The notes: a model not told the origin generated them from the letters alone. Positions 45,141 to 55,076 are shown, counted from the stretch's first letter. The stretch is DNA of 64,000 bases from Candidatus Nanoarchaeia archaeon (GCA_035288865.1 DATDZA010000026.1:4534-68533), one strand, 5' to 3'. Numbers and translations are program-made.

Positions 45141-46010
45141 ATGAAAGATGTTAGTAAATCGATTCCAAATAGCTCTAGTCTTAAGCAGGACACGAATTAC
45201 AGGCTGCAAGCTTGTATTATACTTCCGACTTACAATGAGGCCGGGAATATAAAAAAGCTTCTTGATGAGATTTTTCTATGCGAAATTCTTCAGCCATATA
45301 AAAATAACAAGTTATCTTTAAGCATTTTGATAGTGGATGACGGGTCTCCTGATGGGACTGCTGAAATTGTTAAAACGCACACTGAATTCAATAAGAAGGT
45401 CATCCTCCTTGAAAGATCAAAAAAACAAGGACTCGGATCTGCCTACGTGGCAGGAATGGAATATGCAATTAATAACCTAAAGCCAGACGTGGTTTTCGAG
45501 ATGGATGCAGATTTATCTCATGATCCAAAAGACATATTTAAGATGCTTCTCCAGATAAAGAAAGGGTCAGATTTTGTTATTGGCTCAAGATACACTCTCG
45601 GAGGCTCAATTCCTAAAGAATGGGGAATACATAGAAAAATCATTAGCAAAGTTGCAAATACTTATGCCAGGTTAATGCTTGGAATTTGGTCAATACATGA
45701 TTGCACTGGCGGATTTAGGGCGATAAGAGTTTCATCGCTGGAAAAAGTTAACCTAAGTTCTTTGAATGTGAGGGGTTATGCATTCCAGATTTCTCTTCTT
45801 AATGCTATGATTCAGAATAACTGCAGTATAAGCGAAGTGCCAATTTCATTTCGGGATAGGACTGAAGGTTCCAGCAAGATGAGACTAAGAGATATAACGG
45901 AAGTGGGTACTTTAGTGCTCCGTTTGGGACTGCAAAAACAACTTACACTTATGGACTTTACAAAGAATAAGAATTCAGGACCCACACCACAAACATTTAC
46001 AAATGACTAA
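45141..46010 (+). CDS. dolichyl-phosphate mannosyl/glucosyl-transferase-like GT2 (Dpm1 family)
   Basis: ILPTYNEAGNI, IVDDGSPDGT, EMDADLSHDP and IGSRY blocks. Confidence 0.85.
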   Translation: MKDVSKSIPNSSSLKQDTNYRLQACIILPTYNEAGNIKKLLDEIFLCEILQPYKNNKLSLSILIVDDGSPDGTAEIVKTHTEFNKKVILLERSKKQGLGSAYVAGMEYAINNLKPDVVFEMDADLSHDPKDIFKMLLQIKKGSDFVIGSRYTLGGSIPKEWGIHRKIISKVANTYARLMLGIWSIHDCTGGFRAIRVSSLEKVNLSSLNVRGYAFQISLLNAMIQNNCSISEVPISFRDRTEGSSKMRLRDITEVGTLVLRLGLQKQLTLMDFTKNKNSGPTPQTFTND

Positions 46011-46480
46011 TTCTATTTATTGACATAAATATATTAAAACAACTATTTATGCATCGATATTATTTATGGAAAATTTTCCTTCGCAGACAATAATTGGCTT
46101 TCAATGAACTGAGTGCAGCTTGTGTAGGTATTTCATATCCAATACCTTTTGTGGTGTTGATTCTATTCGTTTCGAATTTTCTGGCTTTAAATCTGACAGT
46201 TGCTGCCGGTTCAAATCATGCGCCAGTTTTGGACAATCAATTACGTTCTAATTGTTATTTAATACAAAAGACAAAACAAAAACATTTTTAAATAGCCATC
46301 ATATCCTGCAGTCTGTGCTAACCTTAGTTAGCCGTTCTGACACCGCAAGGTGTGGAAGAAAAGATTTGAGTTTGTATTTGAATTAAAGATTAGAAAAATT
46401 TGTGTAAAATATATTATCTGTTATTCACATTAGAAAATTAAGATTTTAAAAAAATAGAATAAATAATTTCAAAGCCAAAA

Positions 46481-47020
46481 ATGACAACAATGTATGATGT
46501 GGAATCACAGGAACTAATTTTGAAAGCGGCTGAAGAGCTGAAAAAAATCCCCGATGTAAAGCCGCCGGTATGGGCCCCTTATGTCAAGACTGGAATGCAT
46601 AAGCAAAGGCCGCCTGTAAGTGCTGACTGGTGGTATGTGCGAGTTGCATCTGTCTTGAGAACTGTTTATAGATTAGGGCCGGTAGGAACGCAAAAACTCA
46701 GGACAAAATACGGCGGTAAGAAAAATAATGGGGTAAAGCAAGAGCATTTCTATAAAGGTTCTGGTAATATTTTAAGAAAATCACTGCAGCAGCTTGAAAA
46801 AGCCGGCTTCCTTAAGCAGGCAGAAAAAGGGATACATAAGGGAAGAGTAGTTACGCCAAAAGGGAGGGCGTTTTTGGATAAAATAGCAACCCAGATTCTT
46901 GGAAAGGTGCCAAGACGGGAAGCTAAAGCAGAATCAAGAGCTGTTGAAAAAACTGAATTAAAAAAAGAAATTGTTGAAGTCCATCACGAACAGAAAGCTG
47001 TTGAGAATAAAAAACAATAG
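46481..47020 (+). CDS. rps19e: 30S ribosomal protein S19e (with a Lys/Glu-rich C-terminal extension)
   Basis: PPVWAPYVKTGMHKQRPP..DWWYVRVASVLRTVY..GPVGTQKLRTKYGG..GSGNILRKSLQQLEKAGF. Confidence 0.9.
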   Translation: MTTMYDVESQELILKAAEELKKIPDVKPPVWAPYVKTGMHKQRPPVSADWWYVRVASVLRTVYRLGPVGTQKLRTKYGGKKNNGVKQEHFYKGSGNILRKSLQQLEKAGFLKQAEKGIHKGRVVTPKGRAFLDKIATQILGKVPRREAKAESRAVEKTELKKEIVEVHHEQKAVENKKQ

Positions 47021-47052
47021 AATATTATTTAAAAAAATTTAAATCATACCAA

Positions 47053-47388
47053 ATGCCAACTCTGGATGACGTGAGAAAAAAAAAATTTGAAGAACTGGTG
47101 CGTTTGCAGCAGCAAAAAGGAAGCCAGCAGTCCGACGAGCAGTCGCAAATCCAGCAGCAGATTGAGCAGATGGAATCTGTTGTGAAAAAGTTTTTCACGA
47201 AAGACGCATTGGAAAGATACGGAAATTTGAAAGCAGCGCATCAGGAAAAATCAATTCAATTGCTAGTTGTTTTATTTCAGGCAATACAAAAAGGGCAAGT
47301 TCAGGGTAAGATTGAAGATGATTTGCTAAAAAAAATCTTGCAACAGATGACACCTGAGAAAAAGGATTTTAAAATCAGCAGAGTCTAG
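47053..47388 (+). CDS. PDCD5-like double-stranded DNA-binding protein (archaeal MTH1615 family)
   Basis: Gln-rich N-terminal helix, FFTKDALERYGNLK, QLLVVLFQAIQKGQVQGKIEDDLLKKIL. Conserved position between rps19e and rpl39e. Confidence 0.8.
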   Translation: MPTLDDVRKKKFEELVRLQQQKGSQQSDEQSQIQQQIEQMESVVKKFFTKDALERYGNLKAAHQEKSIQLLVVLFQAIQKGQVQGKIEDDLLKKILQQMTPEKKDFKISRV

Positions 47389-47410
47389 AATTCAATTTGG
47401 AAAAACAAAA

Positions 47411-47584
47411 ATGGCAAGATACAAGCACCCAAGCAGGAAAAAAAGGTTAGCAAAGTTTAGAAAGCAGACTCGATGGGCCCCTTTCTGGACAGTGCAAAAA
47501 ATTTATGGAAAAACACGAAGAGTTCATCCAGGCCGACATACGAAATTAAAAAGAAACTGGAGAAGAAACAAGAATAAGGCGTAA
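47411..47584 (+). CDS. rpl39e: 50S ribosomal protein L39e (57 aa; below the ORF-track size cutoff)
   Basis: My own translation: MARYKHPSRKKRLAKFRKQTRWAPFWTVQKIYGKTRRVHPGRHTKLKRNWRRNKNKA. Canonical position upstream of rpl31e. Confidence 0.85.
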   Translation: MARYKHPSRKKRLAKFRKQTRWAPFWTVQKIYGKTRRVHPGRHTKLKRNWRRNKNKA

Positions 47585-47586
47585 AA

Positions 47587-48147
47587 ATGGCAAAAAAGAA
47601 AGAAGAAGCACCGAAAATTGTACTCGAAAGAAATTATAACATTCCGCTTAGAATCGCGACTTTGAAGAGCCCATTTCACAAGAAGGCAAAAAAAGCAATT
47701 TCAACAGTCAAAATATTTATTGCCAAGCACATGAAAACCACGGATGTTAAAATCGGCCAATATCTTAATCTAAAAATCTGGGAGCACGGCATGAGAAACC
47801 CCCCCAATATGGTTAAAATTACTGCGACAAAAGACGACAAAGGTGTTGTATTTGTTGAATTGGTTGGAGCGCCAAAGCCGCAGCCCAAAGTGGAAGAAAC
47901 AAAGAAATCCGGAAAGAAAGAATCAAAATCAGAAAGAAAAATTGAAGCTGAATTCAAGGAGATTAAAGAAGAAAAATTAGAAAAACAAGTTAAAGCAGCT
48001 AAAGAAGAAAAAGCAGAGGAAGCGAAGGATATTGAAAAAGAAGAAATAAAAGAAATGCAGAAAGAGCACCCCCAACAGCAACCCCCTAAAGCTCCGCCAG
48101 AAACAAAATTCCAGCAGCAGCACCAGACGGCGCCTAAAAGTTTATAA
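47587..48147 (+). CDS. rpl31e: 50S ribosomal protein L31e with a C-terminal extension of about 95 aa rich in Lys/Glu/Gln/Pro
   Basis: ERNYNIPLR...KKAKKAISTVKIFIAKHMKT.DVKIGQYLNLKIWEHGMRNPP..VKI matches the eL31 core. The remainder is low complexity. Confidence 0.85.
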   Translation: MAKKKEEAPKIVLERNYNIPLRIATLKSPFHKKAKKAISTVKIFIAKHMKTTDVKIGQYLNLKIWEHGMRNPPNMVKITATKDDKGVVFVELVGAPKPQPKVEETKKSGKKESKSERKIEAEFKEIKEEKLEKQVKAAKEEKAEEAKDIEKEEIKEMQKEHPQQQPPKAPPETKFQQQHQTAPKSL

Positions 48148-48233
48148 GATAATTATTATTTTCCATTGCGATGAATAGTTCCCAGCCGGCTTAAACAAAT
48201 ACCTTTATTAAATCATTTAATTTTTCTTCTGTT

Positions 48234-49217
48234 ATGGAATCTTTATTGCCATTTGAAAAAATAAAAAGAAAAATTTTATTAAGAAAAGAAGCTGAAACGG
48301 ACTACAAAATCGGCTGCAACCCATCAGAAAGAAAAACAGAAGATATAATTAATTATGGCATCGTAAATATCGACAAGCCAAAAGGGCCTACTTCCCACCA
48401 GGTCTCTGATTACGTGCAGAAAATTCTTCATATAAATAAGTCCGGCCATTCCGGAACTTTAGACCCGGCAGTTACTGGTGTATTGCCCGTTGCATTAGGC
48501 AGAGGCACGAGAATAGTTCAGGGATTACTGACCGCAGGAAAAGAATATGTTGCAATAATGCATCTGCATAAAGAAGTTGAAGAAAAACTTCTAAAAGAAA
48601 CAATACAAAAACATTTCATTGGCAAAATTATGCAGTTGCCGCCGATAAAAAGTTCCGTGAAAAGGCAGCTGAGGCCAAGAACAATTTATTATTTGGATAT
48701 TCTGGAAATTGATGGAAATGATGTAATGTTTAAAATTGGTAGCGAGGCTGGAACTTATATCCGGAAACTAATACATGATCTCGGGCAAAAATTAAAAGTT
48801 GGCGCGCACATGGCTGAATTAAGGAGGACAAAAGCCGGCCCTTTTGATGAATCGACGCTTTTTCCCATGCAGGAATTAATTGATGCTTACTATTACTGGA
48901 AAGAAGAGCAGAATGACAAGTTTATAAGAAAGGCAATTCAGCCGATTGAAGCCGGGGCGAAACATCTTCCCAAAATCTGGGTTTTTGACACGACAGTTGA
49001 AAGCTTGTGCCACGGTACAGACCTGAAAGTTCCGGGAATCGGCAAATTAAACAGCCAAATAATCAAAAATGATAAAATTGCAATCATGACTTTGAAAGAA
49101 GAATTAATTGCACTAGGAACATCGCAAATGAGTTCTGAAGAAATGTTGGGAGAGAAAGGATTGGCAGTCAGGACAGAAAAAGTTTTCATGCAGCCGGGAA
49201 CTTATAAAATCAACTAG
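48234..49217 (+). CDS. cbf5: H/ACA RNP pseudouridine synthase Cbf5 (TruB family with PUA domain)
   Basis: GIVNIDKPKGPTSHQV, GHSGTLDPAVTGVLPV, and a C-terminal PUA-like region. Confidence 0.9.
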   Translation: MESLLPFEKIKRKILLRKEAETDYKIGCNPSERKTEDIINYGIVNIDKPKGPTSHQVSDYVQKILHINKSGHSGTLDPAVTGVLPVALGRGTRIVQGLLTAGKEYVAIMHLHKEVEEKLLKETIQKHFIGKIMQLPPIKSSVKRQLRPRTIYYLDILEIDGNDVMFKIGSEAGTYIRKLIHDLGQKLKVGAHMAELRRTKAGPFDESTLFPMQELIDAYYYWKEEQNDKFIRKAIQPIEAGAKHLPKIWVFDTTVESLCHGTDLKVPGIGKLNSQIIKNDKIAIMTLKEELIALGTSQMSSEEMLGEKGLAVRTEKVFMQPGTYKIN

Positions 49218-49267
49218 GCATTTCTAAAACAATTAAATTTATAAAGTAACTACTATTAAGTGGATAT

Positions 49268-50047
49268 ATGAAAGTGTGTGCGATATCGGACATCCATCAA
49301 ACGCCGCTGGAAATGGCAATTGATATGGAATTTGATATTCTAATATTTTTAGGCGACTACGATGGCTCAGACACTATCAGAAAAATCATGCAAATACAAG
49401 AAAGATTTAACAGAGATGATGAGAGAGTCATAGCGTTGCCTGGCAATCATGAGCATGCAGGTTTGCATGAAGGTCGATACATCCCTATAATCACATTTGG
49501 ACCTGCTCTAAGTCCCAAAGATTATCTATCACGTTTTGCAGAATACAGAAAAGAATTACAAAGTGACCCTCAAGTTGTAAATTATTTAAGAAAATTAATA
49601 GCTAGGCCGTGGTTCAATATTTATCTAGATGAAGAGGAAATATCCTGCAAGACATTGGCTCTCCATGGAGCGTTGGCTGGCGACCTTGGAACCCACATAT
49701 ATGGTGATAAGTTGGACCCAAATGGCGTGGAAGCCAAATTATGGTACAGATTGAAGACTGAAGATGATCATCGAAAAAATTTTAAGATGATGGAAAGATT
49801 AAATTTAAATGTTTTGATACGGGGGCATGATAGGAACCCTCAATTTGCATCCATGGATCCGCAAGGAAAAATTACGTTGTCAACGCCTAAGAGGGAAGAA
49901 GAATATGATTTAATGCCCGACAAGCGTCAAACAATTACTGTCGGTGAATATAGGAACGGCCATTACGTTTTGATTGATACAAAAGTTCCGGGCAAAACCA
50001 ACCCAGTAGCTTATTTCAAGCTGCTGCCTAATATCGGCAATCGTTAA
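49268..50047 (+). CDS. calcineurin-like metallophosphoesterase
   Basis: ISDIH, FLGDY, PGNHEH, ALHG and RGHD motif series. Confidence 0.65.
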   Translation: MKVCAISDIHQTPLEMAIDMEFDILIFLGDYDGSDTIRKIMQIQERFNRDDERVIALPGNHEHAGLHEGRYIPIITFGPALSPKDYLSRFAEYRKELQSDPQVVNYLRKLIARPWFNIYLDEEEISCKTLALHGALAGDLGTHIYGDKLDPNGVEAKLWYRLKTEDDHRKNFKMMERLNLNVLIRGHDRNPQFASMDPQGKITLSTPKREEEYDLMPDKRQTITVGEYRNGHYVLIDTKVPGKTNPVAYFKLLPNIGNR

Positions 50048-50084
50048 CTTTAAATATTTCTTTGCTATCTCCATTTTGTTTAAA

Positions 50085-50180
50085 ATGGAATCAAAACTCG
50101 AATGCCCATTATGCGGACTTGAAATTAACATAGAAGAGGAATATTGCCCTGAGTGCGGGGAAACTCTTAAAAAAGATTAA
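50085..50180 (+). CDS. mini zinc-ribbon protein, 31 aa (MESKLECPLCGLEINIEEEYCPECGETLKKD); absent from the ORF track
   Basis: My own translation. CxxC-x10-CxxC. The TATA-like TTTAAATATTT about 30 nt upstream suggests a leaderless mRNA. Confidence 0.4.
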   Translation: MESKLECPLCGLEINIEEEYCPECGETLKKD

Positions 50181-50218
50181 AAATAATTTTGCTTTTTCTT
50201 GATGCCGTTGTGATTGAT

Positions 50219-51745
50219 ATGGATGAAAAGGAAACAAAAAAAAATCTAAAATTTTCAATTTATGACGGTGCAGCTTTTGCTGTAATGGACGGAATGACAG
50301 CTTCTTTTCTGACGCCATTTGCGGTTGCATTAAATGCCTCAGTAAATCTTATTGCGGCTTTAAGCTATATCCCACAATTACTTGGGGCATTTGCCCAGCT
50401 TTTATCGACAAGAATTGCAGAGATATTCCGTGACAGGAAAAAAATTCTTGTGATAGGCTCATTTGTGCATGCAATTTTTTGGATACCTTTGCTTTTAATT
50501 CCATATTCAACCCCAAACCAAAAATATTTACTGGTGGTTTATGTGGCTGTTCAGGCAATTTTTGTTCAAATAATGCTGCCCGTTGGCAATTCTTTCCTGG
50601 GCGATATCGTTCCAAAATATAATCGGGGTAAATTTTTCGGCCTTAGAAATAAAATTATAGGTATAATCTCATTTGTCTCAGCCCTTGCAGCAGGTCTAAT
50701 TTTGGCTTATTTTTCTCCAAAAAATATTTTTTTGGGATTTGCAATACTCTTTTCTCTTGCATTTATCGGAAGGGTTCTTTCGGGAATTTTCAAATTATTT
50801 ATGGACAATCCCGCTCAGGACTTCTGGCATGAGGAAAAATTTTCGCTTGTCGACTTTGTCAAAAGAATGGACAGGACAAATTACGGGCATTTTGTAAAAT
50901 ATCTCACTCTTTTCAAATTTTCAACAAACATTGCGGCTCCATTTTTTACATTGTACATTCTACGGGACTTAAATTTCAATTATCTTCAATTTACAATTAT
51001 CATATCTTCTGAGCTTATAGCAAGCTTTATTGCAATGGGCATCTGGGGCAGGCTTATAGACGAGAAAGGGACCAAATTTGTTCTTTATATATGCGGATTG
51101 CTCACTCCACTTATCCCGCTTTTCTGGCTGTTTTCCGGCAATTTTTATTATTTGATTATTGTGGCGGCTTTTTCAGGTGTTGCCTGGGCGGGGTTTAATT
51201 TAAGCGCATCAAATTTTATATTTGATTCGGTGCAGCCCGAAAATAGAATAAGGTGCATTTCTTATCATAAATTTTTTGAGGGAATTGCGCTGTTCATTGG
51301 GGCAATTCTCGGCGGATTCTTGATAAATCATGCCCCAGCATGGATTTTTATTTCCAGCATTCCTATTGTTTTTTTGGTTTCGGGAATTTTGAGATTGATT
51401 GCATCTTTAATTTTATTGCCGACGCTAAAAGAAGCGAGATTAATAGAAATGGGAGTGGGGCATTCATTTTTTAAAAGATACATCACGATACGGCCAAGCG
51501 AAGGCCTGGTATTTGAGGTCATAGGAAAATACCGCAAGCACGAGGATGAGCAGAGCCATCAAAAAATAATGCAGAATTCGCAGAAACAAAGAGCTGAATC
51601 GAACGACAAAGATATTTATAAAAAGAAACTTTTGAAATACATTGACAAAAATATTTCCCCAGAAAAAGAGCAGCATGAGATTCTGGATATGCACGACATA
51701 GAGAATATTACGGAAGAGATTGAGAAGGGGAAAATCAGAAAATAA
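50219..51745 (+). CDS. major-facilitator-superfamily transporter with a hydrophilic C-terminal tail of about 100 aa
   Basis: About 12 hydrophobic helices. Inter-helix PKYNRGKFFGLRN loop (MFS motif-A-like). I prefer the ATG at 50219 to the TTG at 50189. Confidence 0.65.
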   Translation: MDEKETKKNLKFSIYDGAAFAVMDGMTASFLTPFAVALNASVNLIAALSYIPQLLGAFAQLLSTRIAEIFRDRKKILVIGSFVHAIFWIPLLLIPYSTPNQKYLLVVYVAVQAIFVQIMLPVGNSFLGDIVPKYNRGKFFGLRNKIIGIISFVSALAAGLILAYFSPKNIFLGFAILFSLAFIGRVLSGIFKLFMDNPAQDFWHEEKFSLVDFVKRMDRTNYGHFVKYLTLFKFSTNIAAPFFTLYILRDLNFNYLQFTIIISSELIASFIAMGIWGRLIDEKGTKFVLYICGLLTPLIPLFWLFSGNFYYLIIVAAFSGVAWAGFNLSASNFIFDSVQPENRIRCISYHKFFEGIALFIGAILGGFLINHAPAWIFISSIPIVFLVSGILRLIASLILLPTLKEARLIEMGVGHSFFKRYITIRPSEGLVFEVIGKYRKHEDEQSHQKIMQNSQKQRAESNDKDIYKKKLLKYIDKNISPEKEQHEILDMHDIENITEEIEKGKIRK

Positions 51746-51912
51746 AAAATCACGGGACAATTTGATTAATTTGTTGATATAATTAGATTAATATTAAATA
51801 GTAAAGCTTGAGAATTATACTTATTTTCCTAATTGCACCCTAACTTTTATAAACTGGAGTTTATTCTGGATCCTATTGCAAAATTCTGGTATTTGAGATT
51901 TTGTGCTTGAAA

Positions 51913-52452
51913 ATGACTACAATAAAAGTTAAGGGACATGAATTTGCTGTTGCAGCTACTAAGGACTCTTTTGACAGGAGGGCCCTGCAGTACAAGAACA
52001 AGATTATTACAGCTTTAGGGAGGATAGGATTAAGTGAAGATGATGTAGAAATAGAAATTAAGCCTGTTGCATTTAAAAGTGCGCCTGCGTCCGCTTCGTG
52101 GTATTTAAACGGAAATTACCTCCATTACAGCTATAAGTCCTCCCGCAAATATGTTGAAAATCTTTATGTTGTTCTTAAGGTTATTGAGCTTGAGGTGGAT
52201 GAGCTACTTGCCGAGCGAAAAACTCCGCAAGAGTTTATCAGCGAATTTTCTGAAGAGAAGGATGTTGAACACAGGCGCAATGCGGCGCGGGAAGTTTTAG
52301 GTGTTGATGCTGATTCCACAGATTTGCAGCATATCGATTCAAAATATAAAGAGCTGGCAAAAAAGCATCATCCGGACATGCCCGAAGGAGATGCCGAGAA
52401 ATTCAAGCAAATAAATCATGCGCATAAAGTCCTGAGGAGAGAATTACAATAA
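51913..52452 (+). CDS. J-domain protein (C-terminal DnaJ domain, unknown N-terminal domain)
   Basis: YKELAKKHHPDMPEGDAEKFKQINHAHKVL contains the HPD tripeptide in J-domain context. Confidence 0.7.
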   Translation: MTTIKVKGHEFAVAATKDSFDRRALQYKNKIITALGRIGLSEDDVEIEIKPVAFKSAPASASWYLNGNYLHYSYKSSRKYVENLYVVLKVIELEVDELLAERKTPQEFISEFSEEKDVEHRRNAAREVLGVDADSTDLQHIDSKYKELAKKHHPDMPEGDAEKFKQINHAHKVLRRELQ

Positions 52453-52469
52453 TTTTATTTTGCGAAAAA

Positions 52470-52808
52470 TCATCGCTTCCTTAATATTTCCAATATCGTG
52501 TCCAGCTTTTTGTTTATTTCATCAAACTCCGAATTATTTTGAGTTGGACCCCGGGATTGAAATTTTTCATTTTTTCTGAAACAATTGCTGCAGTAAACCG
52601 GTTTGTCTCCGGACGGCCGGAAAGGAACTTCGCATTTTTCGCCGCATTTGTCGCATATTGCGCTGTGCATTTCTTTCTCGAATTCAGATCTTCCAAAGCT
52701 GCTTCTTCCAGGCCTGTCAGAGCCCCTGCCAAATCTTCTTTGGCCACCGTAGCCTGACCTGCTAGAATCTCTTCTTCCAAATTCCCCTTCTCTTTTAAAG
52801 TGTCCCAT
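52470..52808 (-). CDS. RG/RGG-rich protein with a CxxC-x17-CxxC zinc ribbon
   Basis: CDKCGEKCEVPFRPSGDKPVYCSNCF was read directly and resembles the CxxC-x17-CxxC family common in small-genome prokaryotes. The N-terminus is rich in R, G and S. Confidence 0.65.
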   Translation of the reverse strand: MGHFKREGEFGRRDSSRSGYGGQRRFGRGSDRPGRSSFGRSEFEKEMHSAICDKCGEKCEVPFRPSGDKPVYCSNCFRKNEKFQSRGPTQNNSEFDEINKKLDTILEILRKR

Positions 52809-52939
52809 ATTATAATTATAGAGGATATATTGTCATTTATAAGGCTATGGTAGAATTTGATTCCAGAAAAGTAGACTGCGGCCATAGATTCAATAGCATT
52901 GTATAAATAGAAATAATTACCTCACATAACAAAAACCAA

Positions 52940-52951
52940 AAAATATTTATT
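52940..52951 (+). promoter_or_regulatory. TATA-like box (AAAATATTTATT) about 26 nt before the ATG at 52977
   Basis: The spacing is compatible with a leaderless transcript. Confidence 0.3.
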
Positions 52952-52976
52952 GTTCCTTGTAAAGTAGTAAGTTAAT

Positions 52977-53312
52977 ATGCCCCTTACTCCACTTTATGCC
53001 TGCACAAGATGCAAAAGGGAATTTAATTTTAATAATATTAAGTATGACGAAAACAAAAAATTAATTTGTGTTGAATGTTTGGAGAAGAAAGAAAAACTAA
53101 TTAAAAAACAGCTGGCCAAAGAAAAACCGGAGGACTACCGGCCGATAGACTTCATTTGCGTCAGCTGCAGATTCAAATTCTCGATGAAAAGAGATTCTCA
53201 GCAGAATTTCAAGTGCCCTTATTGCGGAAAAACAAAATTAATGGTAGTCAAGAAATATAAAGACGAGAATGACTTGATTAATGATTCAATGGATTCGAGA
53301 TTTGATAGATGA
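52977..53312 (+). CDS. double zinc-ribbon protein, 111 aa
   Basis: CTRC-x20-CVEC and CVSC-x16-CPYC pairs were read directly. Confidence 0.55.
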   Translation: MPLTPLYACTRCKREFNFNNIKYDENKKLICVECLEKKEKLIKKQLAKEKPEDYRPIDFICVSCRFKFSMKRDSQQNFKCPYCGKTKLMVVKKYKDENDLINDSMDSRFDR

Positions 53313-53362
53313 ATAAACTTATTCAATCTTCCCACTAGCCTCCAACGATCGATTTTTGATCC

Positions 53363-53776
53363 TTAGATTTTGAGACCCTCTAGCTTGTCCAGCATTGTCA
53401 CGTACCTTGCAGTTTGTTTTTCTCTTCGCATGATGACCTTTTTATCATAATTTGATCTCAAAGATTCTGGAAGTTGAAGTGATAATTCTAATCCCATTTC
53501 CGATTCACGTTTAAGTGTCGTGAGCATGGTATAAACTTCTGCATAAGGTTTTGTGCAAAAAAATGGCAGTCCAAAGGAGACGTAAACTATATCTCCTTCT
53601 AAAGTCCGGTTTACAATGTCTGAAGGTAAGTTGGGACAAGAAAAAGCAGATTCTTCAAGCTCAGAAGCTTGTCTAACTTCCACATTAAACGCCGTGATTA
53701 GAGTAATGGCATGTTCCGTAGTTAAATTAGGTAGACTCTCCTGGAATTTTTCCAGTTCTGCACGATCAAGAACCAT
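53363..53776 (-). CDS. hypothetical protein, 137 aa
   Basis: ORF only. No family recognised. Confidence 0.4.
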   Translation of the reverse strand: MVLDRAELEKFQESLPNLTTEHAITLITAFNVEVRQASELEESAFSCPNLPSDIVNRTLEGDIVYVSFGLPFFCTKPYAEVYTMLTTLKRESEMGLELSLQLPESLRSNYDKKVIMRREKQTARYVTMLDKLEGLKI

Positions 53777-53996
53777 TCCATGGAGAATGGACTCGGATTT
53801 ATTAATTTAAGGCTTTATAAAGGTTTAAAGATGGTAAATTTTATTTTCCATACTGAAAATAATTCTCTTTTCTTTTAATGCGTAATACCATACCAGTATA
53901 CAAAAACGTTACATTTATATACTAGTTCATATATTAAAACATTAAAATTTTATTAAAAATTTGACAATTTGAGAAAAAACTTTGAGGTGAATAAGA

Positions 53997-55076
53997 ATGG
54001 GAATGGATTTTGTTATCGAAAGCGCGCTTAAGCAAAGCGTAGCACAAACAGATGATTTGCAAATCGGCCACGCTAATATTAAAGTCATTGGCTGCGGCGG
54101 TGGCGGCAGTAATATGGTTAGTTGGCTGTACAAGAAAGGAATTCGGGGAGCTGAAATAATTGCCTGCAACACAGATAAGCAGCACCTCGAAATCACAGAA
54201 GCTGATAAAAGATTCTTGATTGGAAAAGAGCTTACAAGAGGGCTTGGATGCGGAGGTTTCCCGGACAAGGGAGCAAAAGCAGCCCAGGAGACTATTCAGG
54301 AAATTAAAGAAGTTCTGAAGGGCTCTGACATGGTTTTCGTCTGCGCAGGAATGGGCGGCGGAACGGGAACGGGTTCAGCTCCTGTAGTTGCACAGGTAGC
54401 AAAAGATGCAGGTGCAATCGTAATTGGAACAGTCACAATGCCTTTCAAAATTGAAAGGGCAAGAATCGACAAAGCGGAATTTGGTTTGCAACAACTAAGA
54501 CAAACTTCCGACACTGTTATTGTTATAGACAATAATAGGCTAGTTAACATTGCAGGAAACCTGCCAGTTCAGCAGGCTTTTGCAGTAGCAAACGAGCTGA
54601 TTTCAACAATGATCAGAGGGATAGTTGAGACGATCGCAGTGCCTTCACTGGTTAACTTAGACTATGCTGACGTAAAGGCAATAATGCAGGACGGTGGCGT
54701 GGCAGCTATCGGTGTCGGAGTTTCTGACACAACCAACAGGGTAGAAGAAGCAGTCAAAGGAGCTTTGTCAAACCCCTTGCTTGAGATAAGCTACAAAGGT
54801 GCAACAGGCGCTTTGATTCACATTGAAGGCGGGCCGGACATGACACTTGATGAAGTCAATAAAATCGGCGAGCTTGTAACAGAATCTCTTGATACAGATG
54901 CAAACGTTATCTGGGGAGCAAGAGTTTCCGACCAAATGAAGGGAAAAATTGCAGTTATGACAATTATCACTGGAGTGAATTCACCATGGATACTTGGAAA
55001 AGCTGACAAGAAGACAAGAGTTATCGAAGCCAAACGATTCAGCGATGAACTTGGAATAGACTACTTTACAGATTAA
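53997..55076 (+). CDS. ftsZ: cell division protein FtsZ
   Basis: [27 protein letters not shown] (tubulin signature), NDRL-like DNNRL. A GAGGTGA SD lies 6 nt upstream. Confidence 0.95.
   Translation: MGMDFVIESALKQSVAQTDDLQIGHANIKVIGCGGGGSNMVSWLYKKGIRGAEIIACNTDKQHLEITEADKRFLIGKELTRGLGCGGFPDKGAKAAQETIQEIKEVLKGSDMVFVCAGMGGGTGTGSAPVVAQVAKDAGAIVIGTVTMPFKIERARIDKAEFGLQQLRQTSDTVIVIDNNRLVNIAGNLPVQQAFAVANELISTMIRGIVETIAVPSLVNLDYADVKAIMQDGGVAAIGVGVSDTTNRVEEAVKGALSNPLLEISYKGATGALIHIEGGPDMTLDEVNKIGELVTESLDTDANVIWGARVSDQMKGKIAVMTIITGVNSPWILGKADKKTRVIEAKRFSDELGIDYFTD

Noticed and set aside
46208-46217. A GGTTCAAATC string resembling a tRNA T-loop.
   Set aside because: The flanking bases cannot form a T-stem. 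No acceptor or anticodon arms could be built on either strand.
46094-46291. A 65-aa ORF in the spacer between the Dpm1-like gene and rps19e.
   Set aside because: It has a non-ATG start, no SD and no motif, with a hydrophobic low-information translation. Probably non-coding.
52514-52885. A 123-aa ORF overlapping the RGG/zinc-ribbon gene in another minus-strand frame.
   Set aside because: The 52470..52808 frame contains the conserved CxxC-x17-CxxC ribbon. The overlapping frame has no motif and would need an unusually long overlap.
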